A model generated the notes under the pieces. The model was given only the letters and a program-made list of their open reading frames with translations, ran no database searches and was not told the origin of the DNA. From a bacterium (lineage in GTDB: Bacteria > SZUA-182 > DTGQ01 > JAFGSM01): 64,000 nucleotides of DNA. This document shows positions 18,975 through 29,562 of this stretch, piece by piece. The position numbers and the translations under genes were made by a program. Each line of letters opens with the position of its first letter. Positions within the stretch are counted from its first letter, which is position 1. The stretch spans positions 1-64,000 of the forward strand of contig JBLIRN010000011.1 in NCBI GenBank assembly GCA_049472315.1, written 5' to 3'.

Positions 18975-21308
18975 ATGAGTGCTCGCATACAAGGCTTCAT
19001 CCTTTGTTTCCTTGTTTCCTTGCTCCTTGCGATCATCCTTCCATTTTTCGCTGCCGCGCAAATCCCGATCGGATATCCCCCCATTTTCACGTGGCAAGGG
19101 AGGATTGCCGCAAAGGGACTTCCCTCTCCGGCCTGGGAAGGGATTGCTATCCGCGAAGGGGACATCCTCGTCGACGCCTTCGAATACTGGGAGAGCCCCT
19201 TGGAGCAGGGGTGGCAGTTCCTGGAGTCCCCCTATGCCACCTATGGGTTCGGTATGGGATTCGCCAGCGTGTTTTCCACGGCCCTTGACCTCCAGCAGGG
19301 AAACAGGGTCCTCGACGTTCAGAGGCCAGCCTCCATATTTCTTCTTTCCACCTTTTACCAGGGGGAGTCGATACGCCGCCCCCTCGTTACCCCTCCCTCC
19401 GCTATGCATCTGCAGGGGGCAGCTTGGATCAGCCTTGATGAGAACCCTGTCCTCAGCTTCGATTTCAGGGCCCCCCTGGGCATCGAGGATCGGGATTTCT
19501 TTGATCTGACCGTAACGGGTGAGGGGTGCGGAAGGAAGGTTGTCCTCAGGCTCATCTCCATGGAGCCGCCTTCCAGAGCCGGGGAAGGGATCGAGATGCA
19601 CACCGCCTCAGGCATGTACCGCATCGTGCCTACGGCATCCGTTCTCCGTGAGGATCTCCTGGAAGTGAAGGTGTACCTCGGCAGGGGATTCCTGGACGGT
19701 TCCTGGCACACTATACACATTGATTGTGCGGATGCGGTGCAGAAGGCAGTGGAAGGGTGGGTCCATGACGGGTGCATGGACCGGGCGGATTCCATCGTGG
19801 TGAGCGGCCGGATGATGTTCAGGCTGGACAATATCCTTTTCAGAAGGCCGGAATATATGCATCAGGGGATGGGAATGCAGTACCCGAACCTTTTTGAGAT
19901 GGGCCCCCTGTATGCACAGATCTTCGAACCCTATCGGTACCTTTTTATCGCCGACTACAAGGCAGAGCCGTTCACTGTTTACGATGTTGATGGCCGGCCT
20001 GCAGAGGTTGCCGAAATCTGCGACCTGATGCTCAATCCCGGGAATTTCATCTTTGTCGAGGATCCCAACGATCCCAATGATCCGGTGGTGAGGTACTGGA
20101 CCGATCTGGGCGCGGACCCCGACCTGTTCGGGACGGATCCCGATCCCGCCGTCAGCGACATCCTGGACAGGGACTTTATCGTTGACCTGAACCTCCCCAT
20201 CTTCGCGGATCCCAATCTCCGGCTCCAGGCATCAGGCCCCGGTTGTGTGGCGCAGTCGATCATCGACCAGGGCACCCTGGGTTGGAACGCTATTGCTATG
20301 AGAGGGCATATCCCAATAGACTGCATGGGTCCGGTGAATCCCCTTGCCATCTATCCGTACGACGGCATGCCTACCTACCTGCCGGAGTATTATGCAGCGG
20401 TCGACGCAATACGGACCTACGGCAAGCCGTTTTATCGTCCGGACCTCGTGTTCATCCTGGAAGGCGCGCTGTGGAATGCCGGTATGACCGTGTGGCCCAT
20501 GATCGCGTCATTTGACTATACCCCGATGGATTACGAGGATCTGGTCCTGGACATCGAGGTCACCGATGGGGTCCACTCGGACAGGTGCACCTTTTTCATC
20601 ACTGTGGTGGACTACCGGGTTGAGAACTACCGCCCGGTTGCCCAGCTTCCCATCCAGGATCAGGTCTTCTATACAGGAGAGAAGGGGGAATACCTGGTGA
20701 ATTTCATCGACCCGGACTGCTTCGTGTTCTCCCTTGCTGAGCCTGCGGCAAGCACCCATACCCCCGGATTTCCCGTATCCGGGTCATACAGGACCGACAT
20801 GGACGGAATCTTATGGAATGGGACCATTACCGGCCTTTCACCCTATACGTGGTACATGCCGTGGTGGCCAACCTTCATCGAGCCCTGCACCGGCCTGATC
20901 AGCTTCATCCCAAAAAAAGAGGCCGTCCACGATGTGGTTATCACCTGCACCGATCCACGGGGTGGGGTTGGATTTGCTGATTTCTCCATATTTGTGCTCG
21001 ACAAGGGAACCGGGTCGAATCATTCCCCCGTTATCCTGGAGAGTCCCAGCCGGCCGTTGGCCATCAGGGTGGGCGAGGAACTCGTACTCACGGCACCGGA
21101 CATCCGGGTGGAGCACCCTGACGGGGACGAGGTGTATGCCTTCTGCAATATAGGCGCCTTGAGCCGCGCACCGGACGGCTCGTTCGTCTGGAAGTTCCAG
21201 AGCTACTTCCCGGGGACCTACCTGGTGGAGATCGTGTTCTACGATATCAGGGGAGGCTACGACCAGGCGGAATTCATCGTCGAGGTGAAGCCCTGGTGGA
21301 GCTACTGA
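18975..21308 (+). CDS. Large secreted protein with C-terminal Ig/cadherin-like domains ending KPWWSY (copy 1)
   Basis: Signal peptide; NYRPV and NHSPV Ig-repeat starts; colinear with 22235..24577. Confidence 0.8.
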   Translation: MSARIQGFILCFLVSLLLAIILPFFAAAQIPIGYPPIFTWQGRIAAKGLPSPAWEGIAIREGDILVDAFEYWESPLEQGWQFLESPYATYGFGMGFASVFSTALDLQQGNRVLDVQRPASIFLLSTFYQGESIRRPLVTPPSAMHLQGAAWISLDENPVLSFDFRAPLGIEDRDFFDLTVTGEGCGRKVVLRLISMEPPSRAGEGIEMHTASGMYRIVPTASVLREDLLEVKVYLGRGFLDGSWHTIHIDCADAVQKAVEGWVHDGCMDRADSIVVSGRMMFRLDNILFRRPEYMHQGMGMQYPNLFEMGPLYAQIFEPYRYLFIADYKAEPFTVYDVDGRPAEVAEICDLMLNPGNFIFVEDPNDPNDPVVRYWTDLGADPDLFGTDPDPAVSDILDRDFIVDLNLPIFADPNLRLQASGPGCVAQSIIDQGTLGWNAIAMRGHIPIDCMGPVNPLAIYPYDGMPTYLPEYYAAVDAIRTYGKPFYRPDLVFILEGALWNAGMTVWPMIASFDYTPMDYEDLVLDIEVTDGVHSDRCTFFITVVDYRVENYRPVAQLPIQDQVFYTGEKGEYLVNFIDPDCFVFSLAEPAASTHTPGFPVSGSYRTDMDGILWNGTITGLSPYTWYMPWWPTFIEPCTGLISFIPKKEAVHDVVITCTDPRGGVGFADFSIFVLDKGTGSNHSPVILESPSRPLAIRVGEELVLTAPDIRVEHPDGDEVYAFCNIGALSRAPDGSFVWKFQSYFPGTYLVEIVFYDIRGGYDQAEFIVEVKPWWSY

Positions 21309-21311
21309 TCC

Positions 21312-21749
21312 CTATACCCTTCCGAAATCGTCCTCGATCCGTTCGATATCATCCTCGCCGAAATATTCGCCGGTCTGGACCTCGATGAGGGTGAGGGAAT
21401 CGGCGCCGGTGTTTTCGATCCGGTGCAAGGAGCCGAGGGGGATGTCCGTGGACTGGCCATCGCTCAGGGAGAACTGACGCTCATCCAGGGTTATGCGCGC
21501 GCTTCCGTGCAGGATGTACCAGTGCTCCGCGCGTCTGCGGTGGCGCTGGAGGCTCAGCCGTTTCCCCGGGTACACCACGATCCTCTTTACCTTGTGCGTC
21601 TTATCATCGCTCAGCACCCGGTAGTATCCCCAGGGGCGGTGATCCTCCCGCTTGAATAATGAAAGGATTCGGTTGATGTAATTCTTACTATAATCTGCCA
21701 TTGCGGTATATATCCAACCTTTTTTCAGGATATACCATTTATAACTCAT
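21312..21749 (-). CDS. Mannose-6-phosphate isomerase type II C-terminal cupin protein
   Basis: RPWG, KRIVVYPGKRLSLQRH..RAEHW and IEVQTGEYFGEDDIERIEDDFGR motifs. Confidence 0.9.
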   Translation of the reverse strand: MSYKWYILKKGWIYTAMADYSKNYINRILSLFKREDHRPWGYYRVLSDDKTHKVKRIVVYPGKRLSLQRHRRRAEHWYILHGSARITLDERQFSLSDGQSTDIPLGSLHRIENTGADSLTLIEVQTGEYFGEDDIERIEDDFGRV

Positions 21750-22153
21750 TTACGCTAATTTTTCAATATGTTTTTCTCGACAGTCGCTTCGTTCCCCCTC
21801 AATCCCTCCCTTCTCTCCCGTAACAATATGTGTCTGCAACGATGTAATGTCGAAAGGGGATTGCCTGGTGAGTGGCTGGATTGAGAGCTTGTCCCCTCAG
21901 CCGGATCTCGCCCACCCGGCCTCTCTTCACAAGGAAGCGGTAGTGCTGCGGTCCCCCTGCATGAATCGAAGACCCATAAATGCATCCCCTGGATTGTCTC
22001 TCTTCTGCCTGTACCTGTACTCTTTTAAACAATGAGGCCAGTGTAACCATTGGGGCCGATATGTCTTTTCCATATAAATTTTATCTTTCCGAGGGTTATA
22101 TGCACAATTCCGAAAACACACATCGTTATTGGGCATATGAGGGGATGTTGTCA

Positions 22154-22182
22154 TTGCATATCTGGGAATACATGGATATAAT
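22154..22182 (+). promoter_or_regulatory. Sigma-70-type promoter (duplicate)
   Basis: TTGCAT-N17-TATAAT. Confidence 0.7.
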
Positions 22183-22234
22183 ATATAGTAGCTTTCATAG
22201 GGGTCCGAATCCCCCCTTCGGGAAGGAATACGGT

Positions 22235-24577
22235 ATGAGCTCTGCTGTAAGAGTCTTTACCTGTACTTTTCTCGTTTTCCTGCTCCTTGTTTTTATCCTT
22301 TCATTTCCCGCTGCTGCCCGCAGCCCGGTGGGATATCCCCCGTTTTTCCAATCCATTAGTTCAAATAGTTCAAGGGGAGATGTTTCCCCAGCCTGGGAAG
22401 GGATTGTTACCGAGGAAGGGGATATCCTGGTCGATGCCTTTGAATACTGGGACGGCCCCTTGAACCAGGGGTGGCAACTCCTGGAGCCTTCGTATCCAGT
22501 CTATGGCTTCGGCCTGGGATTCGTCAATGTGTTTACAACCCTCCTTGACCTGCAGCAGGGCAGCCGGGTCCTCGACGTGCAACGGCCTGCATCCATCTTT
22601 CTTTTTTCCACCTTCTCAGGGGGGAAATCGATACGCCGCTCCCTGTTTACCCCACCATCCCCGGCGAATCCGGCAGGAGAACCGGGGATCAGCCTTGCGG
22701 AAAACGGGATCCTCAGCTTCGATTTCAGGGCCCCCCTGGGCATCGATGTCTGGGACATCTTTGAGCTTGCCGTGACGGGGAGGGGGTGTGGAAGGGACGT
22801 AACCCTCAGGATCATCCCATTGCAGCCCCCTTCAGACGCCGGTGAAGGGGTCGAGATAGAAACTGCCACCGGCAGGTATCGTATCTCGCCGAAGGTATCC
22901 GTTGCCCGTGAGGACCTCCTGGAGATAGATGTCTACCTTGGCAGGGGGTTTCTGGACGGTTCCTGGCATACCATCCGGATCGATTGCACGGACGCGGTTG
23001 AGGATGCAGTGGCAGGGGCGGGGCTGGATCCCGGCGAATGGTGCATGAATCGCGCGGATTCCATCGTGGTGAGCGGCCAGATGATGTTCAGGCTGGACAA
23101 TATCGTCTTCAAAAGCTCGGAATATGTTTGTCAGGGAATCCGGTATCCGAACTTCTTTGAGATGGGACCTCTGTATGCCGAGGCATTTGTACCCCACCGG
23201 TTCCTCTTGATCGCCGACTACAAGGCAGATGCGGTCACCGTTTACGATGATGAGGGTCTGCCGGCAGAGGTTTCCGAAATCTGTGACCTGATGCTCAATC
23301 CGGGGAATTTTCTTTTTATCCAGGACCCCGACGACCCGAACGATCCGCTGGTGCGATACTGGACCGGCCTTGGCGCGGATCCCAATCTCTTCGGTACGAA
23401 TGATCCGAACATGGCCGCACTCTTCGGCAGGTCCCAATTCGTGGTGGACCTCATGCTCCCCGTCTTCGCGGATTTGAATATGCGCATGACCCCTCAAGGC
23501 CCGGGTCCCTCGGCGCAGTCGATCATCGACCAAGGGACACTGAGTTGGAATACCAGCGTTGATTGGTCCAGCGTAACTGGGATTGAAACCTTTGAGCTTA
23601 ACCCCCTTGCCATTGATCCCTATGACGGAATGCCCACCTACCTCCCGGAATACTACGATACCGTGGAGCTCATAAAGGTCTACTATGGAAAGCCGTTCTA
23701 TCGCCCCGATTTGGTGTTCATACTGGAGGCTGCATTGTGGAACGCGGGATTCAGGGTGTGGCCCATGATCGTTACCCTCGACTATGAATCGCAGGCCATA
23801 GAGGAACTGATCGTGACCATCGAGGTCACCGACGGCATTCACTCGGATGTAAGCACCTTTCCCATCAACGCAGTCAACTACCCGATGGCGAACTATCCCC
23901 CTGTTCGCCAGGTTCCTGTTGAGGACCAGCTCTTCTATGTAGGGGAGAAAGCGGAATGCCAGGTGAATTTCATCGACCCCGACTGCTTCATCTTCTCAAC
24001 GGCCGAGCCTTACGACGTGCGTCACCCCCCCGGATTCCCCGTATGCTCATCCTTCAGGACCGACATGGATGGGCTCTATTGGGGTGGGTATATCAGCGGA
24101 TTTCCAATGAACACATATTGCTATGGACCAGTGCGCGAGAGCTTCATCGACCCGTGCAGCGGCCTGATCAGCTTTGTCCCGAAGTACGAAACCATCGACA
24201 ATGTGATTGTCACTTGCACCGATGCAAGGGGTGGAACCGGCTTCAGTGAATTCAGCATGTTTGTATTCAGCAGGGGCACCTGGCTGAACCATCCCCCCAT
24301 CGTCATGGGGAGGCCGAGCGAGCCGATGGTGGTCCGGTCGGGGGAGGAACTCGTACTCAGGGCACCGGAGATCCGAGTCGAGGACGCCGACGAGGACGAG
24401 GTGTACGCCTCATGCAATATAGGCACCTGCGGACACGCCCCGGACGGGTCGTTCATCTGGAAATTTCAGAGCGAATTTCCCGGTACCTACCTGGTGGAGA
24501 TCGTGTTCTACGATATACGGGGAGGCTACACCCGGACGGAATTCGTCCTTGAAGTGAAGCCCTGGTGGAGCTACTGA
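22235..24577 (+). CDS. Large secreted protein with C-terminal Ig/cadherin-like domains ending KPWWSY (copy 2)
   Basis: AAGGA RBS; signal peptide; paralog of 18975..21308. Confidence 0.8.
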   Translation: MSSAVRVFTCTFLVFLLLVFILSFPAAARSPVGYPPFFQSISSNSSRGDVSPAWEGIVTEEGDILVDAFEYWDGPLNQGWQLLEPSYPVYGFGLGFVNVFTTLLDLQQGSRVLDVQRPASIFLFSTFSGGKSIRRSLFTPPSPANPAGEPGISLAENGILSFDFRAPLGIDVWDIFELAVTGRGCGRDVTLRIIPLQPPSDAGEGVEIETATGRYRISPKVSVAREDLLEIDVYLGRGFLDGSWHTIRIDCTDAVEDAVAGAGLDPGEWCMNRADSIVVSGQMMFRLDNIVFKSSEYVCQGIRYPNFFEMGPLYAEAFVPHRFLLIADYKADAVTVYDDEGLPAEVSEICDLMLNPGNFLFIQDPDDPNDPLVRYWTGLGADPNLFGTNDPNMAALFGRSQFVVDLMLPVFADLNMRMTPQGPGPSAQSIIDQGTLSWNTSVDWSSVTGIETFELNPLAIDPYDGMPTYLPEYYDTVELIKVYYGKPFYRPDLVFILEAALWNAGFRVWPMIVTLDYESQAIEELIVTIEVTDGIHSDVSTFPINAVNYPMANYPPVRQVPVEDQLFYVGEKAECQVNFIDPDCFIFSTAEPYDVRHPPGFPVCSSFRTDMDGLYWGGYISGFPMNTYCYGPVRESFIDPCSGLISFVPKYETIDNVIVTCTDARGGTGFSEFSMFVFSRGTWLNHPPIVMGRPSEPMVVRSGEELVLRAPEIRVEDADEDEVYASCNIGTCGHAPDGSFIWKFQSEFPGTYLVEIVFYDIRGGYTRTEFVLEVKPWWSY

Positions 24578-24581
24578 TCAC

Positions 24582-24692
24582 CTATCCCCTTCCGAAATCC
24601 TCCTCGATCCATTCGAAATCGTTTTCCCCGAAATACTCCCCGGTCCGGACCTCGATAAGGGTAAGGGCATCGGCCTCGGTGTTTTCGACGCG
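24582..24692 (-). pseudogene. 3' remnant of the duplicated mannose-6-phosphate isomerase cupin gene
   Basis: Translates to RVENTEADALTLIEVRTGEYFGENDFEWIEEDFGRG*, matching the C-terminus of 21312..21749; the 5' part is missing. Confidence 0.85.
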
Positions 24693-24967
24693 ACTCCCTG
24701 CCTTCATTCCCGGAACCATGTCTGCCAGCAACGATGTAATGTCAGAATCGGAATTGCCAAGGGAATGGCCGGATTGTTGCTTTCGGCGCTGTTCTATGAT
24801 AATTTACTGAAATATTTTTATCTAATGTACATCTACTCAATATGTTCTTTGGAAATATTGCGCAACTATCCCCGGTTGCATTCTCGCTAAGCAGCTTCCA
24901 TGGCTAATAGGGATCGTACATTACCGATACGGGAAACCATGCCACAGGAGTAAAAAGGAGAGCGTGT

Positions 24968-25372
24968 ATGAAGGATATCAACGCACTTGTCATGCCGGAT
25001 GATGTTCGCTATGCAGATGACCACGAGTGGGCCAGGGTGGAGGGTGATCTGGTCAGGATCGGCCTGGATGACTATGCCCAGGACCAGCTCGGGGATATCG
25101 TGTTCGTGGGATTGCCCGAGGTCGGCGCCACCTTTTCCAAGGGGGATGAATTCGCCACCGTGGATTCGGTCAAGGCATCCGCGGAGTGCTACATGCCGGT
25201 AAGCGGTGAGATCGTCGAGGTGAACGAGGCACTGGAGGAATCCCCCCAGTCGGTGAACCAGAGCCCGTACAAGGATGGATGGTTCGTGCTGGTGAAGCCG
25301 GACGACCTGTCGGAGCTGGACTCCCTCATGACCAGCAATTCATGTCTTGACAAGCTGAGAGGTAAGGAATAG
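24968..25372 (+). CDS. gcvH: Glycine cleavage H protein
   Basis: HEW, DYAQDQLGDIVFV, lipoyl-lysine DSVKA and SPYKDGW motifs. Confidence 0.97.
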   Translation: MKDINALVMPDDVRYADDHEWARVEGDLVRIGLDDYAQDQLGDIVFVGLPEVGATFSKGDEFATVDSVKASAECYMPVSGEIVEVNEALEESPQSVNQSPYKDGWFVLVKPDDLSELDSLMTSNSCLDKLRGKE

Positions 25373-26704
25373 ATGCTGTACCTTCCCCATACCAATGACG
25401 ACATCGAATCAATGCTCAGAGCGATAGGGATCAGTGACCTCGACGCCCTTTTTTCCACCATTCCCAAGGGGTGCCGTTTCACCGGGGGGCTCGACCTGCC
25501 GGAGCCCCTCACCGAGTGGGAGCTTGACACGCACATGGCATCCCTGGCAGGAGGCACGGCCGTGTCCCCGGAGTACAAGGTGTTCGTGGGGGCGGGAAGC
25601 TATGAGCATTTCATCCCTGCATCGGTGGTCTCCCTGATGGGTCGATCGGAGTTCGTCACCTCCTATACCCCCTATCAGCCTGAGATGAGCCAGGGGACCC
25701 TCCAGGCGATCTACGAGTACCAGACCCTGGCTGCACGTCTGGTGGGGATGGAGGTGGCGACCGCCTCCCACTACGACGGCGCCACCGCACTTGCGGAGTC
25801 CCTGCTCATGGCAGTCCGGATAACCAAGCGCACCAAGGTCGCCGTATCCCGGCTCATCCACCCCCTCTACCGGAGGGTGGTAAAGACCTATTTCGAGCCC
25901 ACGGGATTCGAGGTGATCGAACTGCCCTCGCTTCCAAGCGGGGTCACCGACCTTGCCGGGCTCGATTCCATGGATGATTGCGCAGCGGTTGCCGTGCAAT
26001 CCCCCAACTTCTTCGGGTGCATCGAGGACCTTGGTGCGGTTGCGGAACGGGCCCATTCCCGCAAGGCCCTTTTCGTCGCCTCCTTCACCGAGGCCATCGC
26101 CTACGGGCTTCTCAAAAACCCGGGGACCCAGGGTGCCGACATCGTGTGCGGTGAGGGACAGAGCCTGGGCATACCCCGTTCGTTCGGTGGACCCGGGCTC
26201 GGCATCCTCGCGACACTCCAGAAGTACATGCGCAACCTCCCCGGCAGGCTGGTGGGGAAGACCACCGACCTGGACGGGAGGAGGGGGTTCGTCCTGACCC
26301 TCGCCACCCGTGAGCAGCATATCCGCAGGGAGCGGGCAACCTCCAACATCTGCACCAACAACAGCCTGTGCGCACTCACCGCTGCCATATACATGGCCTC
26401 CCTGGGCAGGACCGGCATGCATGAGCTCAGCCAGCTCAACCTTGACAAGGCCGAGTATCTGAAGCGGGGGCTTGCCGGCGCCGGGTGTAAAATCCCGTTC
26501 GACACCCCCACGTTCAATGAGTTCGTTGTGGCATTCCCTGGAGATCACGAGGCACTGTACAGGCGTCTTATCGAGAAGAGGGTTGTGGCGGGGCTTCCCC
26601 TTGAGCCCTACTATCCAGAGCTTCCTGGACACTACCTCATGTGCGTCACGGAGACCTTCTCCAGACAGGACCTGGACGCCCTTATACAGGAGGTGCGATC
26701 ATGA
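25373..26704 (+). CDS. gcvPA: Glycine dehydrogenase subunit 1
   Basis: YTPYQPEMSQG and TREQHIRRERATSNICTN motifs. Confidence 0.97.
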   Translation: MLYLPHTNDDIESMLRAIGISDLDALFSTIPKGCRFTGGLDLPEPLTEWELDTHMASLAGGTAVSPEYKVFVGAGSYEHFIPASVVSLMGRSEFVTSYTPYQPEMSQGTLQAIYEYQTLAARLVGMEVATASHYDGATALAESLLMAVRITKRTKVAVSRLIHPLYRRVVKTYFEPTGFEVIELPSLPSGVTDLAGLDSMDDCAAVAVQSPNFFGCIEDLGAVAERAHSRKALFVASFTEAIAYGLLKNPGTQGADIVCGEGQSLGIPRSFGGPGLGILATLQKYMRNLPGRLVGKTTDLDGRRGFVLTLATREQHIRRERATSNICTNNSLCALTAAIYMASLGRTGMHELSQLNLDKAEYLKRGLAGAGCKIPFDTPTFNEFVVAFPGDHEALYRRLIEKRVVAGLPLEPYYPELPGHYLMCVTETFSRQDLDALIQEVRS

Positions 26705-28158
26705 GCGAAACCGTCGGCACCACCGGCCTTATACTGAACGAACCGTTCCTGTGGGAGAAGGGCAGGAGGGGGAGGAGGGGGTTCTCCATGCCCCGGCGCG
26801 ATGTCGAGGCCGCTTCGCTTCCCTCAGCACTGACCGGTGAGGGGCCCGATTTCCCCGACCTCTCCGAGGTGGAAGTCGTGCGGCACTACACCCGTCTTTC
26901 CCAGTGGAATTTCGGTGTGGACACCGGCATGTACCCCCTCGGCTCCTGCACCATGAAGTACAGCCCAAAGACCAATGAAAAACAGGCGAGCCTCCCGGGA
27001 TTCGCCGGGGCCCATCCCCTCCTTCCCGGCACGCTCTCCCAGGGGGTGCTCAGGATGATGTACGAGCTGGAGGGGTACCTCGCCGAGATCACCGGCATGG
27101 ATGCCACTACGCTTCAGCCTGCTGCCGGCGCCCACGGCGAGCTCACCGGCATGCTCCTCATTCATGCATACCACACGAGCAAGGGATCGAGGCGATCGAA
27201 GATCATCGTGCCGGACACCGCCCATGGGACGAATCCCGCAAGTGTTGCCCTGTGCGGGTACACACCGGTGCCGGTGGGATCAAACGACCAGGGGATCCTC
27301 TCCGTGGAGTCCATTGCAGCGGTCATGGACGAGGACACCGCAGGGATCATGGTGACCAACCCGAACACCCTCGGTCTATTCGAGGAAAACATCCGGGAGA
27401 TCGCCGGCATCATCCACGAAAAGGGCGGTCTGGTCTACTGTGACGGCGCGAACCTGAATGCGGTCATGGGGATCGTCCGGATGGGGGAGATCGGTGTGGA
27501 CGTGATGCACCTGAACCTACACAAGACCTTCTCCACGCCCCACGGCGGCGGTGGGCCCGGCTCGGGTCCGGTGTGCGTAAAGGCACACCTTGCGCCCTTC
27601 CTCCCCGTTCCCTGGGTGGAGAAGGGGAGTGAGGGATACCGCCTTTCGTACGACCATCCACAATCCATAGGGAAAATATCGGCATTTTATGGAAACGTGG
27701 GGGTTATGCTCAAGGCGTACAGCTACATCCGCATGATGGGGCCCGAGAACCTGAAACGGGCGAGCACCTTTGCGGTGCTGAATGCAAATTATATCAAGGA
27801 ACGGTTGAAGGGGACCCTGCACCTTCCCTATGACCGTCCCTGCATGCACGAATGCGTGTTTTCGGACAAAAACCAGGAGGCATCGGGGGTGGTCACCCTT
27901 GATATGGCCAAGCGGCTCATGGATTACGGATTCCACCCGCCCACGGTCTATTTCCCCCTGGTGGTGCACGGCGCCATCATGATCGAGCCGACGGAAACGG
28001 AGGCAAAGGAGGACCTGGACCGGTTCGTGGAGGCATTCAAGGCCATTGCCGAAGAGGCACGGCAGGATCCCGACCTTCTCCACAATGCCCCGGTCAAGTG
28101 CAAGGTGAAACGCCTGGATGAGGTGACCGCCGCACGCAAGCCCTGCCTGGGGGGATAA
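26701..28158 (+). CDS. gcvPB: Glycine dehydrogenase subunit 2
   Basis: PLGSCTMKY, AHGTNPAS and HLNLHKTFSTPHGGGGPG (PLP lysine); ATGA overlap with gcvPA. Confidence 0.97.
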   Translation: MSETVGTTGLILNEPFLWEKGRRGRRGFSMPRRDVEAASLPSALTGEGPDFPDLSEVEVVRHYTRLSQWNFGVDTGMYPLGSCTMKYSPKTNEKQASLPGFAGAHPLLPGTLSQGVLRMMYELEGYLAEITGMDATTLQPAAGAHGELTGMLLIHAYHTSKGSRRSKIIVPDTAHGTNPASVALCGYTPVPVGSNDQGILSVESIAAVMDEDTAGIMVTNPNTLGLFEENIREIAGIIHEKGGLVYCDGANLNAVMGIVRMGEIGVDVMHLNLHKTFSTPHGGGGPGSGPVCVKAHLAPFLPVPWVEKGSEGYRLSYDHPQSIGKISAFYGNVGVMLKAYSYIRMMGPENLKRASTFAVLNANYIKERLKGTLHLPYDRPCMHECVFSDKNQEASGVVTLDMAKRLMDYGFHPPTVYFPLVVHGAIMIEPTETEAKEDLDRFVEAFKAIAEEARQDPDLLHNAPVKCKVKRLDEVTAARKPCLGG

Positions 28159-28161
28159 GGA

Positions 28162-29562
28162 ATGTCCGCACCTGATTCCCGCGAGATTGTCATCATCGGC
28201 CTTGGCGTGGGAGGGCTCTATGCCTCCAAGGCAGCCCTTTCCCTCAACCGGAAGTGCCATGTCACCATTCTCGAGAAGCGGGACTTCGACCAGTTCTCAC
28301 CCTGCGGCCTTCCCTATGTCGTCGAGGGTTTAGTCAAGGACTTCGACGCCCTCAAATACGAGGTGCCCGCATTCGGCACAAAGCTGACCAAACTCTTGCG
28401 GCATGAGGCAATTGGAATTGATAAGAAAAGGAGGGTGGTGAGGGCGAGAGACTCCGCCACCGGTGAGGAGAAGGAGATCGGATACGATGCCCTTATCCTT
28501 GCCTTTGGCGCCCTCCCGGTCATCCTGCCCATACCCGGTGCACAGGAATTCATGGGAAGGGGGGTGCACGCCCTGTGGAACATCGAATCCGGACGGGACC
28601 TGCTCGAGGCCGCACAGGCATCACGGAAGGGGAGGGCGGTGGTGGTGGGAGGCGGCGCCATGGGACTCGAGGCTGCGGTGGGGCTCAGGGGCCGGGGGCT
28701 CGATGTCGCGGTGACCAAGAGGACCCCGCACCCCTTTCCCCGTAACCTGGATCCAGCCATGGGAACGATCATCACGGATCATTTGGAGAAGATGGGCATA
28801 CGCGTCCTCTTTGGCAGGGGGATCGACCGGATCAATGGGACGGACCGGGTGGAATCGGTGGAGATCGCCGGAGAGACCATCGAGTGCGACATCGTGGTCA
28901 TGGCCGTCGGGATGAGGGGCGACCTGAGGCTTGCCGATATGGCGGGGACGCAGACCGACAAGGGGTTTATTGTGGTCAATGACAGGATGGAGACCTCGGA
29001 GGCTGATGTCTTTGCGGTGGGTGACCTTGTCCGGACCCATTCCCGCATCGACGGCACCCCGGACACCATGCAGCTTGCAACCGCCGCCTTCCGGCAGGGG
29101 ATGGTGGCGGGGGTGAATGCCGCAGGCGGCGATACCTCCTATCCGGGTGTACTCAACACCTTTCTCACCGTCATCGGCGGGCTGCAGGTGGCTTCCACCG
29201 GCTATACCCAGGAGCGCGCGAAGGAGCACGGCTTCGATGCCAAGGCGGTATCCACCGTCCGGGAGATACGGCCCCACTATATGCCGGATGCCCATCCCCT
29301 TCACCTGAGGGTTGTGTGCGAGGCGGGAAGCGGAAGGATTCTGGGTGCCCAGGCAGCGGGACGGGAGGGGGCCTCCTGGCGGATCAACCTGTTCAGCCTC
29401 GCCATCCAGGCGGGGATGGGTCTCCATGACCTCCTGGATACCGAACTTGCCTATAACCCCCCCGTATCCCAGATGTATGATCCCATCACCCAGATCGCGG
29501 AGGTGGGCATCAAGAGGCTCGGGCTCCCTCCCAGGGAATGTGGGCGCCCCCCGCGCACATGA
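28162..29562 (+). CDS. FAD-dependent pyridine nucleotide-disulfide oxidoreductase (CoA-disulfide reductase/NADH oxidase family)
   Basis: GxGxxG motif twice; single-Cys SPCGLPY; FAVGD; ELAYNPP. Confidence 0.88.
   Translation: MSAPDSREIVIIGLGVGGLYASKAALSLNRKCHVTILEKRDFDQFSPCGLPYVVEGLVKDFDALKYEVPAFGTKLTKLLRHEAIGIDKKRRVVRARDSATGEEKEIGYDALILAFGALPVILPIPGAQEFMGRGVHALWNIESGRDLLEAAQASRKGRAVVVGGGAMGLEAAVGLRGRGLDVAVTKRTPHPFPRNLDPAMGTIITDHLEKMGIRVLFGRGIDRINGTDRVESVEIAGETIECDIVVMAVGMRGDLRLADMAGTQTDKGFIVVNDRMETSEADVFAVGDLVRTHSRIDGTPDTMQLATAAFRQGMVAGVNAAGGDTSYPGVLNTFLTVIGGLQVASTGYTQERAKEHGFDAKAVSTVREIRPHYMPDAHPLHLRVVCEAGSGRILGAQAAGREGASWRINLFSLAIQAGMGLHDLLDTELAYNPPVSQMYDPITQIAEVGIKRLGLPPRECGRPPRT

Noticed and set aside
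24780..24967. Glycine riboswitch before gcvH (also sought before gcvT)
   Set aside because: No GGAGA...CCGAAG...CTCAGG aptamer pattern was found.
25409..26632. Long antisense ORFs (here and at 22832, 45286, 11832)
   Set aside because: These are shadows of GC-rich codon usage opposite well-supported genes.
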